DNA from: the human T2T-CHM13v2.0 reference genome, Homo sapiens
Length of the DNA: 64,000 nt
Assembly (NCBI RefSeq): GCF_009914755.1
Contig: NC_060926.1
Direction: 5' to 3' (one strand)
Shown here: positions 43,028 to 57,106 of the stretch, one piece after another
Layout of the letters: the number at the start of each line of letters is the position of its first letter
Position numbering within the stretch: position 1 is the stretch's first letter
The notes under the pieces: model-generated
Told to the model about the DNA's origin: nothing
The model's database searches: none
The model's input: the letters and a program-made list of their open reading frames with translations, nothing else
Position numbers and translations under genes: made by a program

Positions 43028-45306
43028 TTTTCTGAACAACAGCCAGAGTCTCCGCTGTGACCCGAAAGTATTAATAGCACCCGAAGGGCTCGCCCACGAC
43101 AAGTCATTTATCGGCTTCAAATAAAGGTTTCTGGAACAAATACAGATATTGACCTTTAATCGTATCTTTTGCAACAAATACATCCTCTTCTTTGTATTCA
43201 CCTTGTAAAGTTGACTTCAATTGTGAGTGGGCAGAAACATTCAGATGGTCCTCAGAATAGGTTTTTACTGCTTACAAAAATATTCCTTCTTTTCTACTCC
43301 CCCAGCTTCTCTAACAATGTTTTTGAGGCCTAATAGAACACTATGTTACTATCTTGCAGAAGTGGAAGAAACTAGAGCACTATCAAAATCACCTGCTATT
43401 TCCTTGAGGACAGGAATGAGGCACAAGGTATTCAACTAGGATTTGCCAGAGTAGACAAGCTGCAGGGAATCAGCGTTGTCCAGAAACTCTGAAAGGTGAC
43501 ATAGATTCGGTATTTGAATCCTTCTTGGTAAAGCTGAGGAAGAAAGAAAACTAGGGAAAGAACCTAGAGAATATGCTTTCTGAAGAATGGAAAATAAAGT
43601 TGGCTAAAATAATGAAGTCAAAGTTATTATTTTAATCTTAGACTATGATATGTTTGTGAAAATAAAGCCTCTTATTATACACCAAAAGGTCTTTACTATA
43701 CTAGTTTCTTTTCATTTTCATCAACAATACAAACACCAACAAGAAGTAAATATGTAAAAAACATTCTCAGAGGACCAGATATTAGCCATTCTTTATCCAA
43801 GAACTAAATTAAGACCTATGAAATCAGGACAAGTTATTATGAATATTTAACACTTCACAATATACCCAAAAGTCACCTTGCAGCCTAGAGACTGCTATTA
43901 ATACAGTTAGACATAGAGTTTACTATGATAAATCTCCTTTCATTTGCAAATATTTTCCCAAGAACTTCTAATTTTATATATCTGATACTATTTACCTTAA
44001 AGCAAAATTTTATGAGTTGAGCATCTCAGAATTTCAGCTGATTGAGTGCTGGTACTCATTTTTAGGGTTTTCTCAGTACCAAATTAGTGAAGACAGTATT
44101 TAAGAAGATTCATGGAAGAGGGCTGATTTGGTACCATGTTGATGAATTCCTCACTGGGTTTATACACTGGTCTTTATCAGACTGTTCAGTGAAGATTCTT
44201 GCTCTCTTTGGGTCTTCAGCTGAGGGGAGTGATTGCCCTACCAATGTGCTGTTTTTAGGGCAGCCTCAGGTTGTCTATTGTTTTTTATTCTGTGAGTGCT
44301 CCTCCCCAACCAGGATGTGAGGAAGAAGTTTGTCGTTTGTCAAAATTTTCATTTCCGAAAGACTGGCTGAATAATTTCTCTCTAATCCCCAAGGATAGCT
44401 AGAGACAACCAGCTCTTCTTTCTGCTCAGTACACAGAATAGGGCCTTCAGCTTTCTCAGCATTAAAAAGGGGAAAACAGACCCCCCGACCCATTATCATT
44501 CACACAACTCCACCATGACCACCACCACCATACTTACATACCTTTCATTTCAAACCAACCAGGGTTTATTGAGTTTCTATTTTGTGCCAGGTACTGAGCT
44601 GAGCACTGCCTTCTCTGGGATATACGGTCTGTGACCCAGGGTTGGGTTTCTGCAGGGTGGGGAATAGAAAGATGCCACATGTTCCCAGGCTGGAGGTGTT
44701 TCTGGATGGTGGTTATAGTCTTGCTCAGATTGAATGCTCCATTGCTCCTCCCCTGAAAACTTAATTCTTTCTCCAATGGGTGAATGATAATGGGGTATAA
44801 GGATAAAAGATCATTGTCCTCTATTACACATACACTTGCTGGGTAGATACTTTGCATCTTGGGGGGCAGAGCTAAAGATAGGAATGATCGTGAATAATGC
44901 CATGGTTTAGACTATAAGTTCCCCACCTGTAAGTATAAGGTTCTCTTTACGACATTCACATTTATGCTGACATTCACATTTATATTTTCAACATCCATTC
45001 ACTGAGAAAATTGAAAAATTAAAAGTTACTATGAATTCAAAAGAGGAGTCTCTTCTTGCAGATTCCAGGTTGAGGACCTACAATATTGAAAATGAAAAGA
45101 TTCTTGAACAGAAACTTTCAATCTTCTAGATTTCTGAATGGCCTGTGTCAAACACTGCAATAGATGATTTAAGAAAGCAAGTTTTCTGACAATTGCTATA
45201 AAGTACAGTATACAAAGTGGAGTCAATGCCAGGTTACACTTGGACTCTTTCATCTCCTTCCTAGAATTAAAAAAATAAAATAAAATGGAGGAAGGGCTGG
45301 GACCTT

Positions 45307-45660
45307 GTATCAGTCTGTTCTCACATTGCTATAAAGAAACACCTGAGACTGGGTAATTTATAAAGAAAAGAGGTTTAATTGGCTCATGGTCTGCAAGCTG
45401 TACAGGAAGAAGAGCAGCATCTGCTTCTAGGGAGGCTTCAGGAAACTTCCAATCATGGCAGAAGGCGAATGGGGAGAAGGTACTTCATGTGCCAAAGCAG
45501 GAGCAAGAGAGGTCAGGAGGAGGGGGAGGTGCCACACATTTTTAAATGACCAGATCTCATGAGAACTCACTCACTGTTACAAAGACAGTACCAAGAGGAT
45601 GGTATTAAACCATTCATAAGAAATCCACCCTCATGATCCAATCCCCTCCCACCACTATGC
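45307..45660 (-). mobile_element. MST-type MaLR LTR
   Basis: tgtatcagtctgttctcacattgctataaagaaacacctgagactgggtaatttataaagaaaagagg. Confidence 0.85.
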
Positions 45661-46879
45661 TGGAGGTCTGATATGGTTTGGATCTGTGTGGTAGAAGGAA
45701 GTCACCAAATTTTATCCCCCAAAAAGAAACTATAAAACTGGACCAAATTATCAAAAACAACAATTTAAGTGACCCGGAAGTTGACTAACAGATTGCAGCA
45801 AACTAAGAAGCATTTATTCATGAGAAACTACTCAAAAACATTATGCTAAGTGAAAGAATCCGGGTGCAAAAGACTACATATACTATGATTTAATTTACAT
45901 AAAATAACCAGAAAAGGCAGATTCCCAGACACAGAGAGCAGTTCAGTTTTTGCATGGGGCTGGGAGCAGACCCAGGCACTGACTGCCAACATGCATGAAG
46001 GAACTTTCTGGGGTGCTGGAGATGTTCTGAAACTGGTTTTTGTCAATTACTGGCAACTTTATAAATATACTAAATATAATGAGGAATTATATACTATAAT
46101 TTATAGTATATAAATTATAACTCAATAAAAGTATTAAAATTAAAAATAAAAGATGAAGGATATCAGAGCTTCAGAGGAAAAAAGACTACATTTCCCAAGC
46201 ACTGAGAAAACATTCAATATAGTCAGAAAAATATCCAGGTTATTTTTATTATGGTAAAATACTCATAACATAAAATTTACCATCTTAACCATTTTTAAGT
46301 GTACAGTAAAAGGATGTTGAGTGTATTCACAGCATTATGGAACCATCACCGCTATTCATCTCCAGAACTCTTTTTATTAAAAACTCTGCCCATCAAATAA
46401 CAAATCTGTCTTTCCTTCCCTCACACCTTGGCAACCACCATTCTACTTTCTGTCTCTATGAATCTGACTACTCTAGGTACAATTTTTAAATTGTCTCATA
46501 AATGTCAAAAATGAGGATTTCTTTTACAGCTTTTAAATACATTAATCAATTAATGTTAATGTCTTTAGGTGTGATAATGGTATTATCTCATTTACATTCT
46601 TGAATATTTTTTCCCTTTCATCCTACAGTTTGCATTTCTAAATTCTACTCATATCTCAAGGCCCAGCCACTTGCCATCTCCTCCACAAAAGCTCCCTAAT
46701 CTCACAGACTGAAAGTTGTCTGCCTTTCCTTTTTTCCATTCACCCTATCTGTTCACCTCTAAGGACACAATGGTATGTGATTTATGTAAATATCATATCT
46801 TCCCTACTAGACCACAAGCTTCTTGAGGTCTGATCTATCTCTGTCCTGTGTGGTACTCGTAAGAGTCAGTGTCTAGACT

Positions 46880-47062
46880 TATGCTTCTCAAAAGTGAGAG
46901 GTTCTCCACCCAGCAACATCACCATTATCTGGGAACTTAGAAATACAAAGTCTCAGACCCCACTCTATTTTTAGTGAATCAAAGATTAGGAGTCCCTGAA
47001 ATCTGTGTTTTAACAAGCCCTTCAGGGGAGTTGGATGAATATTAAAGTTTGAGAGCCACTGC
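46880..47062. mobile_element. MER5A-like hAT MITE
   Basis: cttctcaaa...tgggaacttagaaat...aatctgtgttttaacaagccc...aagtttgagagccactg. Confidence 0.7.
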
Positions 47063-49779
47063 TTTACACAATTTCTCTACACAGTACTTTTTAAGTCATC
47101 TATAAAAATGAACACAGCTATACAATATATTAACTCTACTTTGAAGAAAGTTAATAGTACTGCTCAATAGGCAACTCTGTTGGGTCCTTTGGTAATCCAA
47201 GAAAAAGTGTATAGATGTATAGGTCATGATCATTTCTAGAGAAAAGTAGCTAAGAAGACTAATGGAGGGGGGTACTTCAAAGAGCTGTAGCAGGGCCATT
47301 TATAACAGTGTCATTATGGACTGCCAATATTCCTGGGATGCTAGCCAGACTGAAGGTAATGATTTTCTGAAAGTCACTAGGGTCTAAATTCCATCTGAAA
47401 TAAATCCATTTTAAATTGCAAGGTGACACTGGAGAGATCTCAAATAGTTTATTTTAGAAAAGGCAGATAAGTTTGTGGTAAAAGGATAATGACCATGCAG
47501 AGACATTAAAGGTCAATGCCTACAAAATATATTGTTGTTTACTGCCACCTCATAAGTAACACAAGCTAAAGTCAAATATCTCTGAATGGTGTTGAATTGT
47601 AGCAAGCACTATAATCCAGACATGAATGGTTCAATAAGAAATATCTTGTGGTTATATAATATTTGATGTGGTGAAACATATTGGAGAAATTCTATCCTCT
47701 GTCCCACTATGTAATACATGTAGGGATTTACTGTAAATCAAAATCTCAGAAAAATTTAAATGAATCGGAATGAGAACATTCTAGAAAGAACTGGAAGTAT
47801 TCAACTACAGGGATGAACTAAAAAACAAGGCAGCAGCATAGGGTTGGGGGACCGACTATAGCAGTAACATATTTAAGAAATAAACAGTCATTAAGAGGAA
47901 GGACGTCATTAAGACAAGAAACTCATGCTGGGGTGGATGGAGTTATGAAGATATCTCTGAGGAAACTGGGGAAATGGGAGGATCCTGGGTATAGGCCCCA
48001 CGGATAGCGCATGGGATTCCAGTGAACCTCACGCTGTACTTAATTTGCTTGGGATTCCATTGAGAATCTGGTGAAAATTGTGGCTTCTTCCAACAGATAC
48101 GTACAAGCACAAACATTTTGCACGCAATTTTAGGAAGTTCGCTGACCCCTAAATAAATCAATTTGCGTTATAGACTGCCTGGTGACTGAAGAGATCTGGC
48201 TAAGGTTAGACCCCAAAGCACAGACTCATAAAGATTTCTTCCACTCCAAAAGTGCTTTTTCTAACACAGCAGAGTTCAAGTCCTTGAACACTTGGAGGGA
48301 TCAAATGGAGAGTTCTACTATAGCAGGAAGAAAAGGAGGTGATCCAGTCAGGAATGGTGGCTGGCTGTATAATTTTTGAAAACCATCTCCTAATGTGTAG
48401 GGCATTTGGCTGGATTCCCAGATGCAATAGTGAGCAATTCAGACTTGTCTCTGCTCTGTTGGAGTTGACAGTGACCAATTAAAACACTTAGATGACTAAA
48501 TATTAGTATGAAAAAAGGGGAGCCAGGATAGAGGAAAAAAGAGAGTGAGAGGTGGGGTGGGGGGAGAAGAAAAGAGAGGAGAGAACAGAGAGAGTGGGGT
48601 AGAGGCAGAGATGTCAGAGTACAAAAGAGAAGCAACATAAGAATTGTGTATAAGAGCAAAATTGTATCACTTTACCCTACTTCTACTCTGATCAAGAATG
48701 TCAGAGCTTGAATTCAGTTCCACATTTACAGACTATTTGGCAAAATAGGAATAACTAATATTAATTATAGCTAGTATTTTTTGAGTATTTACCATGTGCC
48801 TTAAAAAAAGATAATAAAAAGGAGATCTAAAAGGAAGAATATGGAAACAGACCACGCCTGCATCCATGGGAAAGAGTGGAATAATACAGAACCCCAAATA
48901 AGGCAAATGAAAAAAAAATGACTTAAGGTAGAAGTTGAGAAAGTGGTACAAGAAGAGGCCAGCTCTGCACAGGAGGTACAGGAGGGGTACCTTTCAAGGG
49001 AATGATGAATGAAGACAGCGCTTCTAAAAATTAATGTGTATAGAAACCATGTGGAAACCTTACTAAAACGCTTTCTGGATTTAATTTCCAAAATGTCTCA
49101 TTCTGTGATCTGGAGTGGGCCTGGAAATTGCATGCAGGTGACAGGAGGAAGGTGGTCCACAGGTCACACTTTAGGAAAGACAACTTCAAAAAGAGGATGA
49201 GTCAGGTGGATCTACCCTCTTTTGGATCTTGGTCTGGGTAGGTTGAATGTGACTTTGTTCCATCATTTGGTAAACTGATTTTGGACAGATCTTAAACTCT
49301 AACAACCTTGGCTTTGAAATGACCCAGCTTGTCAGGCAGGCTGTGTCACTGGAGGGAAGAGCTCCACTGGAAGATTACTAGTGTCAGAAAGAACCAACTT
49401 CCTCTATCTCCCTACTGCTGGGGCCCACATAGGATACAGGAACATCCCCACCCTAAGCCGTGGCAACTCGAGTGGCAGACGGTAGATGAGGAGGACTAAA
49501 GAAATGTGTAGAAAGAGATTTCCCACAGAAACAAATCATAAAATACATGTAAGTGCTGGGAAGAATAGCTCACCAGTATAATGGATCAAGTGGTGTTTTC
49601 ACTTCTTTCGTTTTTAAAATTTTGTATGAATCACATCTTAATTTTAATTTTGTTGTATAGTTATGTAAAATATTTACATGGTTTCAAAGTCACATCTATA
49701 AAATAAGTATGTTCAAAGAAGTCTACTTTTTAACCCTGTTCCCTCTACTCTCTTCTCTTCTTTCCTTTACAGAATTTAA

Positions 49780-50160
49780 AAATATATTTATTTTATATAT
49801 AATAAATATATAAATTTATTACATATAATAAATATATATTACATATAATAAATATATCTATTACATATAATAAATATATCTATTACATATAATAAATATC
49901 TATTACATATAATAAATATTTATTTATTACATATATATTTTTATATAAATATAAATATATAAAAATAGATATATATTTATTATGTATTTTTATATATAAA
50001 TAAATTATATAATTTATTACATGTGATAAATATATATAATTTATTACATGCAATAAATTATATAATTTATTACATGCGATAAATTATATAATTTATTACA
50101 TGTGATAAATTATATAATTTATCACATGTAATAAATGTATATAAAATAAATATATACTAA
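49780..50160. repeat. AT-rich minisatellite / low complexity (units like aatttattacatgtgataaattatat)
   Basis: Direct reading; abuts an antisense Alu monomer at 50163-50278 and may derive from its tail. Confidence 0.9.
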
Positions 50161-50324
50161 ATAGAGGTGGGGTATTGCTTCGTTTCCCAGGTGGTCTCAA
50201 GCTCCTGGCTTCAAGTGATCCTCCCACTATGGCTTCCCAAAGTGCTGGGATTACAGATGTGAGGTACCATGCTTGGCCAAAATATTTTTTAATTGTTTAT
50301 TCTTCTATTTAATCATAAGCAGAT

Positions 50325-50520
50325 GTGTGTGTTTGTGTGTGTGTACATATATGTGTATATATGTGTGTGTATATATGTTATATATGTATATATAATTGTA
50401 TATATACATATATGCACACACACACAAAGGGCTAATATATGTATATATACATATACACACATCTGCATACATATTTATATATGTATGTACACACACACAC
50501 ATATACACATACAAATATAT
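50325..50520. repeat. (TG/TA/CA)n microsatellite
   Basis: Direct reading. Confidence 0.9.
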
Positions 50521-50897
50521 TAGCCCTTTCTAGAATACACATTATATATATTTTCTCCACCTTAAATACACTTTCTTGACATTGCCACTATATAACATGA
50601 TCTCTGTGGAGAAATGCATTTTGAGTTTGCACTAACCAAATAACATAGTTTTAAAACACAGGCTCTTTATAATTTAGTACTCATATCAACTTTGTTCAAT
50701 AATTCATTCACTCAATAAACATTTACTAAATAACTATGATGGACCCAGGGGCAGTTCCAGGTTTTGTGAAATCTAAAGCCCCTGTTAAATGGCTTTATAT
50801 AGGCCCCTCTATAAAGCCCCTGTTACATAGGCCCTCTCTTTAATAAAAAGAAAATAAACTCGTGAATGCACTCTAAACTATCAGTAACCACCTGCCT

Positions 50898-51205
<308 letters not shown>

Positions 51206-51403
51206 TAGGCGCCCGTGCGAACTTTTCCAGCTTCATGGGTAATTGGCTTCTACACGGGCCTGTTATGGGAACTGTGCTTGTGGCTGTTGCACAAAGTGGA
51301 CAGGACCCCTTGTTTTATGGAGCTTATACTGTAGTACAGGAGAGAGATGCTAAATATATACACTTGTCATAAATATATAATTATAAATTGTGTTTAACTC
51401 CCG

Positions 51404-51768
51404 GTTATGGGCTGAACTGTATTCCCTCAAATTCATGTTGAAGTCCTAAGCCCCAGTACCTCCCAAAATGACTGTGTTTGGTGATAGGGTCTTTAAAGGG
51501 GTGATTAAGTTAAAATGAGGTCATTAGTATCTTCCTTAATCCAATAAGACTGGTATCCTTATAAAAAGAGGAGATTAGAACACACCCATATAGCGGGGAA
51601 GACCATGTGAAGACATAGAGAGTAGACAGTCATCTGCAAGCCAAGGACAGAGGCTCAGAAGAAATCAACGCCACCGACGCGTTGATTCAGACTCCTAGTT
51701 TCCTATATTTCTGTTGTGTAAGCCACCCAGTCTGGTATTTTGTTATAGCAGCCCTAGCAGACTCAAAC
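51404..51768 (+). mobile_element. MLT1-type MaLR LTR
   Basis: ttatgggctgaactgt...aaattcatgttgaagtcctaa...tttgttatagcagccctagcagac. Confidence 0.8.
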
Positions 51769-53499
51769 AACCCCCTAGGAGAAAAGAGTGTGTGAGAGAA
51801 AGTATTGTCAGAGGAGTGGTGAGGATGCTGGTCAGAGAAGGCATCACCGATGGATGCATAGAAGCTAAGATATGAAAAGACTAAAAATGATGAACTACGA
51901 GGAATAAGCAGATTAGCAGATGCTGTTAAAGGGTGAAAGAAATCAAGATGCTTTTGCTTCACTTAATTATCCCACAGTCTACAGAACCAGGTAGTTCTCG
52001 AGAGAAAATCTTTCTAAATTAACTACCATAGATGAAAGGCTAATCACAGACTCTGAGGTGCTGAAGAGCAGGAAGTTTAATTTTTAATTGGAAGACAAAA
52101 TGTATTTGATATCATTCACATCCTGATTTAAGGATAAGACATTTCTGAAGAAAATGAGTATTATGAATTACGTAGATCAAACACTTTTTAGAAAAAGAAT
52201 AAAGGGAAGTTATGCTCTTCCTCATGGCTCATTAAAGAGATTATGGAAATTACAGAACCTGAATATGCAAAACAAAGAAAAGCCAGAAGCATAGACTCTA
52301 ATTAGTCAAGGATAATTCCTTATATGAATTGCCTTAGTGCAATGATTCTAAGCCCCTTATACCACATTGGAACCACTTGAGAAGTATTTTAATAATACCA
52401 ATGCCCAAATTCCATTACCAGAAATATAACTGATCTCAGGTGGAACACAGTTATGGCAATTTAAAAAGCACCCCAAAAGATGTTAATGGTCAGTCAATGC
52501 ATTTCTTCCAGGTAAGGTACCAATAGACACTGAAGCCCAGTAACAATGGTGCTGTTAAATGATGGGACACAAAACTCGAAGAGAAGTTCAAAGTGATAGT
52601 TATAGCCTGTGAAGGACTCTAGTGAAGTCTTTTGTCTTTACTTAGGCCATGGTAAGCAAAGACAAAAATCTGAATGACAAAATAACAAGTAAGGTTACCT
52701 AGATCCATCCCTGGCCACCTTGTGAGGCTTTGTTGCTTTCCCACTAATCCTAGACACAATCCAGCTCTCTAAACCCAACATCTCTCTGACTTAGATCCAT
52801 AGCCTCTTTGTGCTACCCTTCTGTTCATTCTCAGTCTACCCTGGTCCATAGTCCAGGGTCCAGTCGTAGTCTATAGTCCAGGACCAGAGTCCTGGTCTAT
52901 AGTCTAGTCATAGTCCACAGCCGTAGATTATGGACCTATGACTTAGATCCACAGCCTCTTTGCGCTACCCTTCTGTTCATTCTTAGCATTTGTTTGGTGC
53001 TTTCCACTTCTGTTTAACACTCTGTTCTCAACAAACCATTTTCCTGATTGGTCAAAAGCCCTTTGATGTCTATTCCTATCTTTGTCACATGAATCATTCC
53101 CTATTCCTCTCAACTGTATTCTCTAGTTAATAAAAGATACAATTTGATCCTAACACATTTCTATTATCCAAATGACTTTCATTTCTGCTTTCTTGTCTTA
53201 TAGTCAAAAAACAACACATTTCTTTCCCTGTTCCATATATATTCTATCATTCTCTTGGATAAAGAAAATTGAACTATTCTTATTTTAAATCAGTGATCAG
53301 AACATAATCTGTCATATCATATATTTTTCATACCCAGATATTTATTCAACCATTTTCCTCAAAGACCCAATAAAATAGAGAGCCACAGCCTATCTTAAAT
53401 TAAAATGCAGGGCTTTATGGGCTATTTGACATGCAATAATTATTTGCAAAGTCTTTTCACCAAACATAGAAATTGCTAATGTCTGACCTTGGAGGAAAT

Positions 53500-53790
53500 G
53501 AACTGTACAAAAAATTTCAAGCAAACATGATCCAACTGTTCGCACAAAAGGGAGGTTGCATAAGAAATTCATTGTGTTTCTATCCAAATTTCCCCCTCGA
53601 ATTGCCACAGATCAGCATGTACTTCACTCTTTGCCACCAATTAAAATCATAAATAGATGAGCTATTCAGCAGAGGAGGGCTGGTGTGCCCTCTCCACAGA
53701 TGGTCAGCATCACATGTTGCAGTAATGGCTCGACATGCCACAAAGGCACAGTATAAAAACGGTGGGAATCAGAGCACTTCAGCTCCAATT
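53500..53790 (+). promoter_or_regulatory. G6PC2: G6PC2 islet promoter: TATA box, tandem E-boxes, Fox site
   Basis: TATAAAA 53752-53758; CAGATG 53697-53702 and CACATG 53711-53716; half-MARE tcagca between them; aagcaaaca at 53519-53527. Confidence 0.8.
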
Positions 53791-53821
53791 GCTCTATGTT
53801 TAGAATTGCCTCTTTTTCAAG

Positions 53822-54039
53822 ATGGATTTCCTTCACAGGAATGGAGTGCTCATAATTCAGCATTTGCAGAAGGACTACCGAGCTTACTACACTTTTCTAA
53901 ATTTTATGTCCAATGTTGGAGACCCCAGGAATATCTTTTTCATTTATTTTCCACTTTGTTTTCAATTTAATCAGACAGTTGGAACCAAGATGATATGGGT
54001 AGCAGTCATTGGGGATTGGTTAAATCTTATATTTAAATG
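53822..54039 (+). CDS. G6PC2: G6PC2 exon 1 (MDFLHRNGVL...NLIFKW)
   Basis: ATG at 53822; donor TG|GTAAG; matches islet glucose-6-phosphatase catalytic subunit 2. Confidence 0.98.
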
Positions 54040-54184
54040 GTAAGATTTCTGTTTTATTTCATTTTTTCCTAAGATTTATCCTTAAATTTGTGACTTCGGC
54101 ATAATGATCACATTTCAGATGTATATCGTTTTACTTGGAAAATCTTTCAAAAATACCAGGTAACTTGAAACACCAGATTCATAA

Positions 54185-54525
<341 letters not shown>

Positions 54526-54934
54526 AGAAATGTGTACTTTAATGACTTATAAGTAATTCCCAAACCCCTGTAACACATATTCTGTGATTAAGAATTACTT
54601 ACATGAGCAGCGTGATAATGAACAAATTGATAATTCTAGGGACAAATTTTGATATTTCCAGTCTAAGTATCCAAAGCACCCATAAGACATTCCCTGCAAG
54701 GGAAAAAAGCCCCCATGTTCATGGGAAACCAGGGTGCCAAAATACCAAATGGCTACCACCTTTAATAATGTGTGAGAGACCAAGACCTAAGTTTTTTCAA
54801 AGTCTCTTAATCATGAACTTTCACAATTAACCCTGCGCTTGAGTCATTTTTTATAGGAAAGAATTGCTAATCTCCAATTAAATAATAGCTGTGTATTTAA
54901 ATATATATGCATGTTTATAATTCTTTAAATACAG

Positions 54935-55044
54935 GATATTATTTGGTCATCGACCTTACTGGTGGGTCCAAGAAACTCAGATTTACCCAAATCACTCAAG
55001 TCCATGCCTTGAACAGTTCCCTACTACATGTGAAACAGGTCCAG
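54935..55044 (+). CDS. G6PC2: G6PC2 exon 2 ([10 protein letters not shown]...CETGP)
   Basis: AG/GT; PAP2 motif KxxxxxxRP completed. Confidence 0.98.
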
Positions 55045-56568
55045 GTAAGCTATTACAGCAGGCTCCAGTTACTGAAGATCTTCCAATAGAGAATCATTAC
55101 ACAGGGTTATCATCTAGGAACTGATATTATATAGGGTAGTAAAGAAAATCTCATGAGTGAGGATGCTAAAACTTCATAACAATCAAAATTACTAATGAGG
55201 AAGCAAAGCAAAAAAAATACTCAAATTCCATTTTGTTATTTATGAAAGGGTAGATTGGGAGAAAACTCCCCCAGTGATTAAATATTTGGTGTTTACTTTT
55301 CAGAAGAATATAATGACTTGATACTAAAACAAGAAACAGTTAACTAGAACAAATTCTCAAGGAACTAGACTAAGATCTTAGAAATGTTGGTTAATCTGCT
55401 GCTAAGCAACTTTCAAAGTTACTATAGGTCTTCCGAGTATCTCACGAATGAGGGAGGAGTAGACAAGTCTTCTGTAAGAAAGGTAAGGACTTCTCAATGT
55501 TACTATAGCCAGTAAAGACTATTTCTAACCCTAGAACAATCTCTTTAAAACATATTTTTTCTCTGTACACAAGTAGGCTTCTTGGGCCACTTCTTTTTTA
55601 TTCTAGGTAAGATTCTGTATGAGTATAAAATCTTTATTGTGATAGTTGATTCTAAGACTGTTTTAAAAAGTTTTTTGAAACATATATTTAAAAATTACAT
55701 TTTAATTTATAAGAATGTGTTATATTGTACCTCATCATTTTACATAGCATAACATTCTCGCCAGTTGACATCCTTCGAAACTAACTTTGAGTAAAGGGTA
55801 GTAGAGAATGTGTAAATTCTTAATGAGTGTTCTGAATATGTCTTTTTTGTTCCCATAGAAGTATACATACATCTGTTATATCGCTTATTACACTAAATGA
55901 TATTAACTAATTCTTTATATATCCGATTGCCTAGACTGGGTGTTCCATCAGGGGAGGGATGATGCATAGTTTATCTTTGTGAAACCAAAGTGTGATAAAT
56001 GGATGAATGGTTGGATGGGTAACATTTGAGACCACCGAAATGTTATCGTGGTCAATTCCAGTCCTTTCCGGCATGTGTTCCACCTTATAAGACATTTTCT
56101 GGAAAGAGAGAGAGAGAAAAGAAAGAAAGACTGCATCTCTCGGGGAGATTTACAATTTTTTAAGGCATAGTTTTTAAAAGGCTCTGAAAATTCCTGCAGA
56201 TAAGAAATAGGTCTGTCTTTGTTTAACAAATAAGAGACTGGTATTTAATTTGAATGAACTACCAGGTGAAAAATCGAGGAGGACATTTAAGGAAACTAAT
56301 AAAAAATTCAGTAGCATGGAAAAGGCATTCTGGAAGTAGAAAGGCTTTTTCTGCTAGGATTAATGCCGTCTTTATAGCTTCTCCTCATCCTCTGTTTTAA
56401 AACAAAGATTCTCACTGCAGTGGCCACAAGATAGGCATAGAAGTAGCTGCTAGTACACAGCAGTCATTTGTAAGTCAATCAGCAAATCACTGGCATAGCA
56501 ATGATATCCTTTAGAGTTTGACTTCTCAGCCCAAGGAAAATAAGCCAACTGAAGATCCAATACAAGCA

Positions 56569-56648
56569 TTAGGGTGGTGCAAAAGTAATTGCGGTTTTTG
56601 CCATTACTTTCAATGGCAAAAACCGCAATTACTCTTGCATTAACCTAA
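56569..56648. mobile_element. MADE1 (Hsmar1-derived 80-bp MITE)
   Basis: Palindrome ttagggtggtgcaaaagtaattgcggtttttgccatt...aatggcaaaaaccgcaattactcttgcattaacctaa followed by TA. Confidence 0.95.
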
Positions 56649-56994
56649 TACTTTTGCTTGTCAATTAAAAACAACCAAATATTGAAGAATGAGTAGGGCT
56701 GTGGCAGATTTGGGTGCAACTGCCTGAGTTCTTAATTAGCCTTGAGTATATTGATTTCTGGAATTCAATGAACCTGAAAATCTGGGAAAAAAATTTTTTG
56801 AGACAGTGTTTCTCAGGCTCAATTTAACTCAATTTTTCTTATTTCTACCCACTTCTAAACATTACATATAGCCTGTGTCTTGTCTTTTTTTCTGAGTTAC
56901 TCATAATTTTCATGGGGAATATGCTATTCTATTATTCATTTCTGATCTTGATAGTTAACCACTTTTCAAATGGACGGACACTTTGTTGTTGCAG

Positions 56995-57106
56995 GAAGTC
57001 CATCTGGCCATGCAATGGGCGCATCCTGTGTCTGGTATGTCATGGTAACCGCTGCCCTGAGCCACACTGTCTGTGGGATGGATAAGTTCTCTATCACTCT
57101 GCACAG
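56995..57106 (+). CDS. G6PC2: G6PC2 exon 3 (GSPSGHAMG...ITLHR)
   Basis: AG/GT; PSGH motif. Confidence 0.98.

Noticed and set aside
42102-43201. Multiple 67-147 aa ORFs around the SPC25 promoter
   Set aside because: GC-rich CpG-island frames with no recognisable protein similarity
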